NCBI GenBank assembly: GCA_000993025.1
Contig: LBVJ01000023.1
Coordinates: forward strand, 1 to 48,447
Reading direction: 5' to 3'
From: Candidatus Woesebacteria bacterium GW2011_GWA1_38_8
GTDB taxonomy: Bacteria; Patescibacteriota; Microgenomatia; UBA8517
DNA length: 48,447 bases
Shown piece after piece: positions 36,502 through 46,167 of this stretch (position 1 is the stretch's first letter; each line of letters starts with the position of its first letter). The position numbers and the translations under genes are program-made. The notes under the pieces are model-generated. The model saw only the letters and a program-made list of their open reading frames with translations, was not told the DNA's origin and searched no databases.

Positions 36502-36520
36502 TTCCGGAGTTTTAACAAAG
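36502..36520 (+). repeat. 19-nt motif TTCCGGAGTTTTAACAAAG, copy 2
   Basis: Exact match to 32710-32728. Confidence 0.8.
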
Positions 36521-36653
36521 GAGGGTCATTACCCACAACAAGGACAGTGAAGTGTGAGGTCGAGTATCAATTGACAAAATCTTAAGCGAGTGAAAGGAGT
36601 CGAAGGAGAAAAAACTCCATCATCCAAATTGTTGCTATTCAAGACCATTTGAT

Positions 36654-37013
36654 ATGAGAAAAAAACTAAAAAAAGTTGTATTCGCGGCAATGAGCAAGCG
36701 TAATTTTTTCATGCGCGAACATATAATCAAATTTATTTTGCACGAGGGATACACTCCAACCAGCGCATTTATGATGTACTCATATTTTTTACTGGATACG
36801 GTTGACCGGAAAATTCTGATAGAAGCAAATAATAATTTAATTAGAAGAAGCGATGAACTTTGGGTTTTTGGAGAGGTTTCTGACGGTGTTGCCGAAGAGA
36901 TTAAGCTGGCGGAAAAATTACGCATGAAGATCAGGTATTTTGACATAACACCGGACTTTTCCAACTTTATCCGCATCCAAAAATCAAAGGTAAGGCAGGA
37001 AATCAGATACTAA
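36654..37013 (+). CDS. Hypothetical protein
   Basis: 119-aa ORF. The pattern VVFAAMS...SDELWVFGEVSDGVAEEIKLAEK vaguely recalls nucleoside 2-deoxyribosyltransferase-like folds. Not secure. Confidence 0.35.
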   Translation: MRKKLKKVVFAAMSKRNFFMREHIIKFILHEGYTPTSAFMMYSYFLLDTVDRKILIEANNNLIRRSDELWVFGEVSDGVAEEIKLAEKLRMKIRYFDITPDFSNFIRIQKSKVRQEIRY

Positions 37014-37059
37014 GTATTCTTGAATAATAGAACAGCAACTGGTAATATGATCTTAATAT

Positions 37060-37323
37060 ATGGGGTTAATCTTTTTTCCTTTCATAATTATTTTCCTTCT
37101 TGCTTCCGTTAAGCAGGTTAATCAGTACCAAAGGGGGATAAAGTTTACTTTCGGGAAATTTGACGGGATCTTGGATCCGGGCTGGAGATTTGTCTTCCCG
37201 ATCATTCAGTCCTGCAGAATAGTCGATATTAGAACGAAAGCAGTTGATGTTCCCGATCAGGAAGCGATCACAAAAGATAATTATTTATTACAAAGTAATC
37301 GATGCTTCAAAGGCAATTCTTGA
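37060..37323 (+). CDS. SPFH/band-7 (stomatin-like) protein, N-terminal fragment
   Basis: TM anchor plus VNQYQRGIKFTFGKF...VDIRTKAVDVPDQEAITKDN, then off-family sequence after 37283. Confidence 0.7.
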   Translation: MGLIFFPFIIIFLLASVKQVNQYQRGIKFTFGKFDGILDPGWRFVFPIIQSCRIVDIRTKAVDVPDQEAITKDNYLLQSNRCFKGNS

Positions 37324-37795
37324 AGTTGAAGATTTCTTTTATGCTGTTCATCAACTTGCACAAACAACAATGAGAAACGTTGTTGGAGAGGTTGAACTAA
37401 ATGAACTTTTGGCGAACAGGGACAGGATCGCCGAAAGAATAAAGGAAATTGTCGGCGGGACCTCAACGAGTTGGGGGCTTGAAGTCATTTCTGTTGAACT
37501 TAAGGATATTATTTTACCTGAGGATATGAAAAGGACGATGGCAAAGCAAGCCGAAGCAGAAAGGGAAAAGAAGGCAACGATCATCAACTCCGAAGGTGAA
37601 GTCATTGCTGCGGAAAATTTGGCAAAAGCAGCCAATACGATGGCAAAATCACCCGGAGCGCTTCACTTAAGAACTCTTAATTCGATCAACGATATTTCTT
37701 CCGATCAATCAAATACGGTTGTTTTTGTCACCCCGATCGAGATCCTTCGGGCGGTTGAAGGAATGGCAAACCACTTCAGGAATAAAAACAAATAA
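37244..37795 (+). CDS. SPFH/band-7 (stomatin-like) protein, C-terminal fragment in the +1 frame
   Basis: From about 37284: IIYYKVIDASKAILEVEDFFYAVHQLAQTTMRNVVG...LKDIILPEDMKRTMAKQAEAEREKKA. The family normally has about 8 more residues between TKDN and YY(R/K)V. Confidence 0.7.
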   Translation: MMFPIRKRSQKIIIYYKVIDASKAILEVEDFFYAVHQLAQTTMRNVVGEVELNELLANRDRIAERIKEIVGGTSTSWGLEVISVELKDIILPEDMKRTMAKQAEAEREKKATIINSEGEVIAAENLAKAANTMAKSPGALHLRTLNSINDISSDQSNTVVFVTPIEILRAVEGMANHFRNKNK

Positions 37796-38034
37796 GTTGT
37801 ACTTCCCTTCTTTTTGCATAAATTACTTATGTCTTGTTCACACCTCTCTGTACTTGTGTAGTAAAGTGTTGGCGTAATGGAAGTCGGAAGATTTATAACA
37901 TAAAATATATATACAGAGTTTATACAAGCCGTGTTTCAATATTGCGTTAGTTGCCTTTGATACGGTTTTAGCATCCTATACGTTTACTCTTTGATTCCGA
38001 AAAAAATGGATCAAGGATGAAAAATGATTCTATG

Positions 38035-38670
38035 TGCGGAAGATATGCTTTGACAAGTACATCTGATTTTAAAAAAAGGTTCGGGATATTGGGAGAAATT
38101 TCTAAATTTGAGAAAAGTTATAATATTTCTCCAGCCACTTATAATCCGGTGATCATTCGGAACTCTCCGAATGATCTTGTAATGATGAAGTGGGGTCTAA
38201 TTCCCTTCTGGGCGAAAAAGTATAAGCTCGAAACAGGATTTATTAACGCAAGATCAGAAGGAATATTGGATAAGGCTTCTTTTAAAAGACCAATTAAATA
38301 TCAGCGCTGTTTAGTTCCCGCAACAGGATTCTATGAATGGAAAAAAGTGAAGTTAGAAATCAAAGATGAAAAGATACCGTACTATTTCGGAATTAAAAAC
38401 AGAGAAATATTTTCATTTGCCGGAATTTATGATGTGTGGAATGATTCTGAAGGGAAGGAAATATTTACATATGCGATTATTACGACTTCTGCAAATGAGA
38501 TTATGAGAAATGTTCACGATCGAATGCCTGTGATACTTAAGCCTGACGATGAAGAGAAATATTTATATAAAGATACGGATATTTCAGAAATATTAAAGAT
38601 ATTATTGCCTTATAATCACAGAGAGATGTTTTCATATCCTGTATCAAAACTCGTCAACAACCCAACATAA
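38035..38670 (+). CDS. SOS-response-associated peptidase (SRAP/YedK), abasic-site processing protein
   Basis: MCGRYAL N-terminus; the catalytic Cys2 requires the start at ATG 38035, not 38017. Also WGLIPFWAK and ATGFYEW. Confidence 0.85.
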   Translation, partial: CGRYALTSTSDFKKRFGILGEISKFEKSYNISPATYNPVIIRNSPNDLVMMKWGLIPFWAKKYKLETGFINARSEGILDKASFKRPIKYQRCLVPATGFYEWKKVKLEIKDEKIPYYFGIKNREIFSFAGIYDVWNDSEGKEIFTYAIITTSANEIMRNVHDRMPVILKPDDEEKYLYKDTDISEILKILLPYNHREMFSYPVSKLVNNPT

Positions 38671-39382
38671 GAACGATCCCAAGTAGCACAAAAGCGATTT
38701 CTTTCCATTTTCCTTCTGCTTGGGAGTCTTCACCCACCTCAGGCAGAAAATCCGATGCACCCAAAAACAAGAATATTCCACCCGAAATTGCCAAAAGAAC
38801 AGCAATAGTTTCCGTATCTTCCTTGAAGAAATAATATGTAATAAAAGCCCCGGGAAAAGTTGCTAAAGAAGAATAAAAATTTAATTTAAAGGTTTTTGCT
38901 TTTGTCAGTCCTGAGGAAAGAAGTACTCCGAAGTCTCCGATCTCATGCGGTGTCTCGTGTAGAAATGTTGCCAATGCCACAACGAATCCGAAAGTCGGCT
39001 CGGTTACATATGCTGCAGTAATTGCTACGCCATCAATAAAATTATGGATAGTATCGCCAATAACTATTAATGGAACCGTTGCGTGAGAAAGGGTATGTTC
39101 TTTCTCCTTGTGGTGGTGCATTGACACAAGATAGTGTTCAAGAAGAAACGAGACTATAAATGCTGTGAGAACAATTAAAAAAGCAGTATCTCCAATTTCA
39201 TGAGAGCTTTCCGGGATAAGATGAAGAAGCGATACGGCAAGTAATATTCCGGATGCAAACGGAAGGGAATATCTTGACAAAACATTTGACAAATTTTTAC
39301 TTATCAGTATAGCGGCACCCCCGATAAGACCGGCAATGCTTCCGATAAACGGTAACAAAAAAAGAACCAAAAAAGTATCCAT
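38654..39382 (-). CDS. ZIP-family divalent metal transporter (ZupT-like)
   Basis: His-rich loop HHHKEKEH; HNFIDGVAI; FLHETPHEIGDFGVLL. Confidence 0.85.
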   Translation of the reverse strand: MDTFLVLFLLPFIGSIAGLIGGAAILISKNLSNVLSRYSLPFASGILLAVSLLHLIPESSHEIGDTAFLIVLTAFIVSFLLEHYLVSMHHHKEKEHTLSHATVPLIVIGDTIHNFIDGVAITAAYVTEPTFGFVVALATFLHETPHEIGDFGVLLSSGLTKAKTFKLNFYSSLATFPGAFITYYFFKEDTETIAVLLAISGGIFLFLGASDFLPEVGEDSQAEGKWKEIAFVLLGIVLMLGC

Positions 39383-39434
39383 ACGATTTGTTGTATTATA
39401 TGAATAATATCGGAAAAATATATTTCGATAAAGT

Positions 39435-40262
39435 ATGAATAATTATCAAGATCTTCGGCAAACAAATAATTACTCCCAATATATGCAGGATCTCGGATGG
39501 AGGGTTGATGAGTACAAGGGGGTTCATATTTATTTTAAAAAGATACTTTTTTGGAGGTTTGTTAAGATACAAAGACCGCAGGTGGAAATTGTTAAATTGT
39601 TAAATTGTTATATTGTTAAGAAATATCGATACTCAACGGTTTATGTAGAACCCGGAAGTAATAAGCAACATAATGATCTATTGAAGTTGGGATTCAAAAA
39701 ATACAATTCACCATTTTTACCAAGTAAAACAGTACAAATTGATTTGAGGAGGTCCGAAGAACAACTTTTAAAGGAAATGCATTATAAGACGAGATACAAT
39801 TGTAAGAAAGCGACAAGTGATAAGATGCAGGCGACAAGATCGGATAGTATTGATAAATTTGCAGAGTTTTGGCAGAGATGTGCCGGGCAGCGGGGAATGT
39901 TTTTGAGCCAGAAAAAGGAAATCAGAGCAATTTATAATGCATTTTCCAAAGACGCAGTGATCCACTATGTTCATATCAACAACGAGTGGCTGTCGGCGAT
40001 TTTGCGGATCAGTACTTCAAACGTCTCTTACTACATGTATGCGGCGTCAACAAAGGATGGTAAAAAACTTTTTGCGCCGACAATTATTACTTGGGAAGCG
40101 ATTAAGGCGGCCAAAAAAGAAGGGAAAAAAGTATTTGATTTTGAAGGGATCTATGATGAACGCTTTCCGCTAATAAGCTGGAAAGGTTTTACGCGGTTTA
40201 AAAAAGGATTTGGAGGAATTGAGGTTGAATATCCGGGAACTCTTCGTGAAATAATTCTTTAG
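39435..40262 (+). CDS. FemAB-family (tRNA-dependent peptidoglycan interpeptide aminoacyltransferase-like) protein, short form
   Basis: SYYMYAASTKDGKKLFAPTIITWEAIKAAKKEGKKVFDFEGI...WKGFTRFKKGFGG. Confidence 0.6.
   Translation: MNNYQDLRQTNNYSQYMQDLGWRVDEYKGVHIYFKKILFWRFVKIQRPQVEIVKLLNCYIVKKYRYSTVYVEPGSNKQHNDLLKLGFKKYNSPFLPSKTVQIDLRRSEEQLLKEMHYKTRYNCKKATSDKMQATRSDSIDKFAEFWQRCAGQRGMFLSQKKEIRAIYNAFSKDAVIHYVHINNEWLSAILRISTSNVSYYMYAASTKDGKKLFAPTIITWEAIKAAKKEGKKVFDFEGIYDERFPLISWKGFTRFKKGFGGIEVEYPGTLREIIL
39587..39618 (+). repeat. Tandem octanucleotide AATTGTTA x3 plus one variant (TATTGTTA) inside the FemAB-like CDS
   Basis: Read directly: aattgtta aattgtta aattgtta tattgtta. Confidence 0.85.
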
Positions 40263-40583
40263 GTGTAAGATACGAATATGGTATTTGAGGGAGGAGAAAA
40301 AGGTGAATATATAAAAGGCAGGAAAGCCAAAACTATTCAATTCATGACGCCACACATTAAGCAAACACGTCCAATTTCAGTTTATAAAACAAGGTTTGGA
40401 CAATAGAAGAAAACAACTTTGGGTACAATGGGCTGAGGTTAATAATACTCCCGATTTTCATCTAAAACTATATTTAGCAATAACATTAAAAAATATCGAG
40501 AAGCTGATTAAAAAATTGGACGATGATTGGGAAAGGCTTTTTATGAAATACTCATCCTGATTTTGATATCACCGTGCAGTTAT

Positions 40584-41831
40584 TTACTTTTTGACGAATA
40601 GTATTGCATTTGGGATGTTTCTTCCCGGTCCTGCTTTATAACCACCATACCAAAGCGCAGTAGATCCTCCGTTATCGAGATTGATCGCATTTTCAAATCC
40701 TAACACCTTCATTACTTTTGCAGAATCGGCAACGGTTGCTGAAAACACCACACCTATATAAACGGTATTTCCTTTATTTGCGACAAAACTTCTCCCGCCG
40801 CGGGATGCTTTTTTCTCATCTCCATCTCCTGAAAACCTGAGATCGCTATTCAAAAGCATTAGTGGATAGTTTGACAACACTCCGTTTGGTGAAGTATCAC
40901 GTCCCCACTCGCTTGCAGACGAAACAAATCGAACGTAACCGTCACCGAATATTACGGCAGGGTTATTGCTATAAACATTGTTGCCGGAATTGAAGTAGGT
41001 TTTTTTATGGTTCATTACGAGAAGATCGAAAGAATTTGTTTTTCCCGCGCACGATGGATAGGTTGAAGGGCAGAAATATGTGCCGTTAATCCCTGCATAA
41101 GCATTATTTCTTTTTACATAATCAGCCAGAGACAAAACCGGGCAGTCGTTTCCGCAATCGGAATCCGAAGCGGTGTCGACAATAACTTTTGTCGATCCGA
41201 CGTCGGCAGAAATCAGGTCTACCATAAAGCTTCCGGTATCGGTAGTGACCTTTTGTCTTTGATAGCCTGAAACGGGTGGAGAGTTGCTCGCGGTTATACT
41301 TTCCGGAATTTTGTAAGATGCATTTATCTCATCGGTTTTTTTCTTGATATTTGACGAGAGAGAGATTATTTCTGCCGAGGCAGAGGCATAATTTTTTTGC
41401 GAGAGAAGTGAAAAGATGTTGGCTATCGATCCATCAAGATCAGCTGTATATTCTTCGCCGCTTTTCAGGTCAAGTAGTTTTTCGTATACCGCCACCGCAT
41501 TTTTATAAGTTTCCTGAATATTATTTATTTCTTCTTCGAGTGTATTGTTGCGTAAATATTGATCCTCATTCTTAAGAGTTTCGTAGTTTGTTTGAGCAAC
41601 AGATAATTTACCGGCAATATCTTCTTTTTCCCGATTTGCCGAACGTATCTCCGAACGAATAGCTGCGTTTTTTTGATATATTTGATAACTGTAAAGCGCA
41701 AGGGAAAGAAACGCCATACTATATACCATTATTATTACTGCAAGCTTATTTAATAAGAACTTCCTCGTAAAACTGGATATTCCGGAGAATTGGAAACCTG
41801 GAATTTTTGATGGTTTCATTTTTAATGTCAT
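40584..41831 (-). CDS. Membrane-anchored phosphodiester glycosidase (NAGPA/DUF2233) family protein with coiled-coil linker
   Basis: C-terminal AINLDNGGSTALWYGG (family AxNLDGGGS). N-terminal TM and a long heptad-like region. Confidence 0.6.
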   Translation of the reverse strand: MTLKMKPSKIPGFQFSGISSFTRKFLLNKLAVIIMVYSMAFLSLALYSYQIYQKNAAIRSEIRSANREKEDIAGKLSVAQTNYETLKNEDQYLRNNTLEEEINNIQETYKNAVAVYEKLLDLKSGEEYTADLDGSIANIFSLLSQKNYASASAEIISLSSNIKKKTDEINASYKIPESITASNSPPVSGYQRQKVTTDTGSFMVDLISADVGSTKVIVDTASDSDCGNDCPVLSLADYVKRNNAYAGINGTYFCPSTYPSCAGKTNSFDLLVMNHKKTYFNSGNNVYSNNPAVIFGDGYVRFVSSASEWGRDTSPNGVLSNYPLMLLNSDLRFSGDGDEKKASRGGRSFVANKGNTVYIGVVFSATVADSAKVMKVLGFENAINLDNGGSTALWYGGYKAGPGRNIPNAILFVKK

Positions 41832-41852
41832 GTTATATAGTATTGTTGCACC

Positions 41853-43121
41853 ATGACTTCAGCTTTTGCAAACGCCAAAAAACAAATCGATGATATTACA
41901 TCCATTCTGGAATCCGAATATCAAGATAAGAAGAAATTTCAGAAGGCTGTAAAACTTTTAAAAAAACCGGATCGGGTAATTTTTCTAAGTTTAAGTTTGA
42001 AGGACGATAAAGGAAAAATTAAAAAATATAAAGCATTTAGAAGCCAGCATAATAATGCAAGAGGACCATACAAAGGAGGAATTAGGTTCCACCCGAATGT
42101 TTCCGAAGATGAAGTAAAAGCGCTTTCAACTTGGATGAGCATAAAATGCGCCGTTGCAGGAATTCCTTTTGGGGGAGCAAAGGGAGGAGTTGTTGTTGAT
42201 CCCGGAGAATTATCTATTTCCGAACTTCAAAGGTTGAGTACTTTATATGCGCAAAAGTTAGCTTCTAACATTGGTCCCTGGAAAGATATACCCGCTCCGG
42301 ACGTTAATACAGGAGGGCGCGAAATGGGATGGATGTTGGATGCTTACGAGAAAATAGTTGGTTTTCAGGCACCCGCGACTTTTACAGGTAAACCTGTTGA
42401 ACTTGGCGGGTCGCAAGGTAGAACCGAGGCAACGGGATTAGGAGGACTTTATACATTGGAAAATTACGTAAGAAAAAAAGAAATTAAGAAAGAAAGAATA
42501 GAAATTGCAATTCAGGGATTTGGGAATGTTGGGTATTGGTTTGCAAAACTTGCGTCGGCTGCTGGTTATAAAGTAGTTGCAATCTCAGATTCAAGTGGAG
42601 GGGTTTATAACCCAAAGGGGTTGGATGTTGATAAACTAACAAAGTTGAAAAATGAGTATGGTACTTTTTTAAATCTCCCGAAATCCGGTTACCAATCACT
42701 AATCACTAATCATGAATTGCTTTCTCATCCCGTTGATATTCTTGTACCTGCCGCACTTGAGAACACAATAACAAAAGATAACGCAAAGGATATAAAAGCA
42801 AAAACAGTTTTGGAAATGGCAAATGGCCCAACAACCCCCGAAGCGGAAGATATACTTTTGAAAAAGGGAATAGATATTTTGCCTGACGTTTTGTGCAATG
42901 CGGGCGGAGTGACAGTTTCATATTTTGAATGGGTACAAAATTTATCGGGTTATTATTGGGGAGTAGTTGAGGTAAATGAAAAACTTAAAAAAATTATGGA
43001 TAAATCCTTTTCGGAAATTTATGAAATGAAGAAAAAGAAAGACATATCATTTCGTCAATCTGCTTATACCTTGGCTGTAAAACGAATTATTGATGCAATG
43101 ATATTAAGGGGCGGAGCGTAG
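41853..43121 (+). CDS. gdhA: Glutamate dehydrogenase (Glu/Leu/Phe/Val dehydrogenase family)
   Basis: GPYKGGIRFHP catalytic Lys block; GFGNVG dinucleotide fold. Confidence 0.9.
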   Translation: MTSAFANAKKQIDDITSILESEYQDKKKFQKAVKLLKKPDRVIFLSLSLKDDKGKIKKYKAFRSQHNNARGPYKGGIRFHPNVSEDEVKALSTWMSIKCAVAGIPFGGAKGGVVVDPGELSISELQRLSTLYAQKLASNIGPWKDIPAPDVNTGGREMGWMLDAYEKIVGFQAPATFTGKPVELGGSQGRTEATGLGGLYTLENYVRKKEIKKERIEIAIQGFGNVGYWFAKLASAAGYKVVAISDSSGGVYNPKGLDVDKLTKLKNEYGTFLNLPKSGYQSLITNHELLSHPVDILVPAALENTITKDNAKDIKAKTVLEMANGPTTPEAEDILLKKGIDILPDVLCNAGGVTVSYFEWVQNLSGYYWGVVEVNEKLKKIMDKSFSEIYEMKKKKDISFRQSAYTLAVKRIIDAMILRGGA

Positions 43122-43122
43122 G

Positions 43123-44157
43123 TTATTTGTATTTATTTTTAATTGCGGGTATTAAATATTTTTCAAACGCTTTCTTAAAATCATACTCTGCCTTCCAAGC
43201 CCAATCTTTTACTGCCAGGCAGTCATCAACATCCTCACTCCACGAGTCAATGATCTTTTGTCTTTCAGGATTTACTTTATAGGAAATATCGGATTTCGGG
43301 AAATGTTTTTTAACCATTTTTTCAATTTCTTTTGCAGAAACAGAGAATCCGGCAATGTTATAAACCCGTCCCGACAACTTATTTTCCGGTATTTTTGTCA
43401 ATTGTATTAACGCATCAATTGCATCGGGCATCGCCATAAAATGGATCTTTGAATCCGGTCTGACAAAGCATTCGAATTTTTTTCCCTTTGCAGCAGCATG
43501 AAGCATTTCAGGTGCATAATCGCTGGTACCGCCGGTTGGAATCGTTTCGGCGGAAATCAATCCCGGAAATCTGACACAGCGAAAGTCAAGAAGAAGTGGT
43601 CGGTGATCTGTGTTCAGTGATTGGTAATAGGAAGAAAAATAACGCCCGAGGTTTTCGCAGTAGAGTTTGTTGACGCCATACATCGTGATCGGGTTTAAGA
43701 ATTCGTTCTCTTTAACCTTTGGGTTTTGAGCCTTGAGCTTTAAGCTTGGTATTCCATATACCGCTATAGTTGAAGGAAAGATAAATTTAATTACTCTATT
43801 TTCTTTGGATGCAACTTGATTGGCGATACTGAGTAAATTAAATGTTCCTCCAACATTGACTTCGTGCGCCAGTTCCGGATTTTTCTCACCTGTTGTAGAA
43901 AGCACCGCTGCGAGATGGTAAACAGTGTCAATATTATACTTGGAAAAAACATCGGACAATAGATCCCTATCGGTAACGTTCCCTTTTACAAAAACATCAA
44001 CTTTGTCGTTCAAAATTGGATCCAAATCATTTAAATCGAGTGCAATAATTTTCTTAATTTCTTTAGTTCTTAATTTCCCAAGTTTTTCAATTAATCCATG
44101 CCCAACTTCACCGTTTGCACCGGTTATCAGAATAGTTTTAGGATTGTTCACTGTCAT
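43123..44157 (-). CDS. tdh: SDR/epimerase-fold L-threonine 3-dehydrogenase (assignment from fold plus kbl adjacency)
   Basis: ILITGANGEVGHGL Rossmann motif; YGVNKLYCE (YxxxK). Sits immediately downstream of kbl. Confidence 0.6.
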   Translation of the reverse strand: MTVNNPKTILITGANGEVGHGLIEKLGKLRTKEIKKIIALDLNDLDPILNDKVDVFVKGNVTDRDLLSDVFSKYNIDTVYHLAAVLSTTGEKNPELAHEVNVGGTFNLLSIANQVASKENRVIKFIFPSTIAVYGIPSLKLKAQNPKVKENEFLNPITMYGVNKLYCENLGRYFSSYYQSLNTDHRPLLLDFRCVRFPGLISAETIPTGGTSDYAPEMLHAAAKGKKFECFVRPDSKIHFMAMPDAIDALIQLTKIPENKLSGRVYNIAGFSVSAKEIEKMVKKHFPKSDISYKVNPERQKIIDSWSEDVDDCLAVKDWAWKAEYDFKKAFEKYLIPAIKNKYK

Positions 44158-44275
44158 ATAATCTATTTTGCTGTTGATGCTCTTTTTAAAATTGATAAAA
44201 AGATATGAAGATATTAGGATACTAAGATATTAAGAAAAATCATTTTTTGTTTTCTCGTAGTATCACAATATCGAA

Positions 44276-44689
44276 TCACTTAATATCCTTGATAATTTTT
44301 AGTTCCTTACCCACCCTTCCAAACACTTCTATCGCCTTATCAAGATTTGCCTTTGTGTGACCTGCAGAGTTCATAACCCTGATCCTCGCTTTTCCTAAAG
44401 GAACTGTCGGATAGGTGATAGCAACTGCAAAAACACCACTCTCGAACATTTTTTTACTGAACTCTTTGGCGAGTTTTGCATCACCAAGCATTACGGGAAT
44501 AATGGGTGTTTGGGAATTTCCGGTATCAAATCCAAGTTTTTGCAACCCTTTTCGTAAATAATCCGCGTTATCCCAAAGCTTTTTTACCGGTTCATCCGAT
44601 CTTTCGAGTATTTCAACAGCCTTTATACATGCAGCTACATCGGGAACGGTCGTTCTGAAGAGAATAAAAATGGGCGGGATCTTTGGCAA
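44276..44689 (-). CDS. kbl: 2-amino-3-ketobutyrate CoA ligase (glycine C-acetyltransferase), C-terminal fragment
   Basis: ...[17 protein letters not shown]...PIIPVMLGD...[25 protein letters not shown]-started ORF in the -1 frame relative to the N-terminal fragment. Confidence 0.85.
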   Translation of the reverse strand: MPKIPPIFILFRTTVPDVAACIKAVEILERSDEPVKKLWDNADYLRKGLQKLGFDTGNSQTPIIPVMLGDAKLAKEFSKKMFESGVFAVAITYPTVPLGKARIRVMNSAGHTKANLDKAIEVFGRVGKELKIIKDIK

Positions 44690-45483
44690 AGCCAGTCAAT
44701 AATTACTTTTTTGCCTGCAGCAAAACCGCCAACCACTCCAAAAGCTTTGCTCATCGTTCCGATCTCAATATCTACTTTTCCATGGAGATTGAAATGGTCC
44801 ACTATCCCGCGCCCGTTTTTACCAAGAACTCCTTCACCATGAGCGTCGTCAACCATAATGATCGCGTTATACTTATCCGCGATTTTTACAAGTTCCGGAA
44901 GAGGAGCAATGTCTCCATCCATTGAAAATACGCCATCAGTAATGATCAATCGCTTGACCGACTGATCACTTGATCGCTTTGTTTCCTTAATTTTTCTTTC
45001 CAAATCTGCTGTGTCCAAGTGGCCGTAACGGATCACTTCGGCTTTACTTAAACGGCAGCCATCAATTATTGAAGCGTGATTGAGTTCATCGGAAAAAATA
45101 AGATCTCCTTCACCTGATACAGCCGGAATCACGGCCAGATTTGCACAGAAACCTGATTGGTAAGTGATCACGGCATCAACTTTTTTGAATTTTGCCAGCT
45201 TTTTTTCCAGATCCAAATGTAAAGATGTTGTTCCTGCGATACTCCTTACTGCTGCCGGACCGACCCCGTATTTATCGATAGCTTTTTTTGCAGATTCACC
45301 TATTTCCGGATTGTCGGCAAAACCAAGATAGTTATTTGAGCATAAATTTATAACTTCTTTGCCGTTAATTTTTGTTACTGCGCGGACAGAACTTTGGATC
45401 TCTCTGATATTTATTAGGAGACTTTCCTTTTCAAGTGTTTCTAGTTGATCGTCGAACCATTTATATTTTGTTTGTATAGTCAT
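44635..45483 (-). CDS. kbl: 2-amino-3-ketobutyrate CoA ligase, N-terminal fragment
   Basis: ...[10 protein letters not shown]...[11 protein letters not shown]...MVDDAHGEG...GTMSKAFG (PLP Lys)...QRSRPFLFS, then junk and a stop. The frames switch around 44665-44685 next to a T5 run. Confidence 0.85.
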   Translation of the reverse strand: MTIQTKYKWFDDQLETLEKESLLINIREIQSSVRAVTKINGKEVINLCSNNYLGFADNPEIGESAKKAIDKYGVGPAAVRSIAGTTSLHLDLEKKLAKFKKVDAVITYQSGFCANLAVIPAVSGEGDLIFSDELNHASIIDGCRLSKAEVIRYGHLDTADLERKIKETKRSSDQSVKRLIITDGVFSMDGDIAPLPELVKIADKYNAIIMVDDAHGEGVLGKNGRGIVDHFNLHGKVDIEIGTMSKAFGVVGGFAAGKKVIIDWLCQRSRPFLFSSERPFPM

Positions 45484-45498
45484 AAGGTTTTAAGTATT

Positions 45499-46167
45499 TT
45501 AGTTTATATATTCTTCAAAAATTTTTATATCATGAATATTTTTACTGCCTGCAAGCCAATCGACTTTTACCGGTTTGCCGAGAGAATAAATTGCAGCATT
45601 TTTAGCTTTGATATCAACCACCTGATCAGAATTTTTAATTATAAGATCGATATCCTTGTAAGATGTATTTTTAAAGAGTGATAAGGTGAGTGAATAGAAT
45701 TCGACGCGGTCGATTTTTTCATCCGGAGTTACCAGGATCTCACTCATTTTCCAATATTTGAATATGTTTATATCATTTTTTGATCTTTGGTAAAAGTCGG
45801 GAATCTCCACCGATTTGGCACTCCAGTGCGATTTCTTAAGAGGAAAAAGACGGTCAAAAGCGACCTTAATGAAGTAGCCATCGTATGTCAGGGAAAAACC
45901 ATCATTTGATTTCGAGAATTCGCTGATTACAAAAAGAACATATCTTTTAAGAATGTCAAAGTTGTCAAACAATCTGGACAGGCACACCTTGTAAACCCTT
46001 TTATCATTGACTTTAACTGAAACAAAACCGATATAAGCAATTTTGGGAAAACGATAATCTCTTGATTGGAATTGTTGTTCAATTTTCTTCACAATGGAAA
46101 TTGTAATTTTTAAATACTTAATAAAAGCAAGCATGTAACCATACTTTCCACTAAGCGTGGTGTTCAT
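45499..46167 (-). CDS. Hypothetical protein, no recognisable family
   Basis: 222-aa ORF whose start overlaps the cupin stop by 17 nt, placing it in the same transcriptional string as kbl-tdh. Confidence 0.5.
   Translation of the reverse strand: MNTTLSGKYGYMLAFIKYLKITISIVKKIEQQFQSRDYRFPKIAYIGFVSVKVNDKRVYKVCLSRLFDNFDILKRYVLFVISEFSKSNDGFSLTYDGYFIKVAFDRLFPLKKSHWSAKSVEIPDFYQRSKNDINIFKYWKMSEILVTPDEKIDRVEFYSLTLSLFKNTSYKDIDLIIKNSDQVVDIKAKNAAIYSLGKPVKVDWLAGSKNIHDIKIFEEYIN

Noticed and set aside
40330-40560. Start-less + strand reading frame (...KQLWVQWAEVNNTPDFHLKLYLAITLKNIEKLIKKLDDDWERLFMKYSS*) after the FemAB-like gene
   Set aside because: It is open for about 70 codons, but the only possible start is an internal TTG and no family match is recognisable. 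It could be a gene remnant, with insufficient support to call it.
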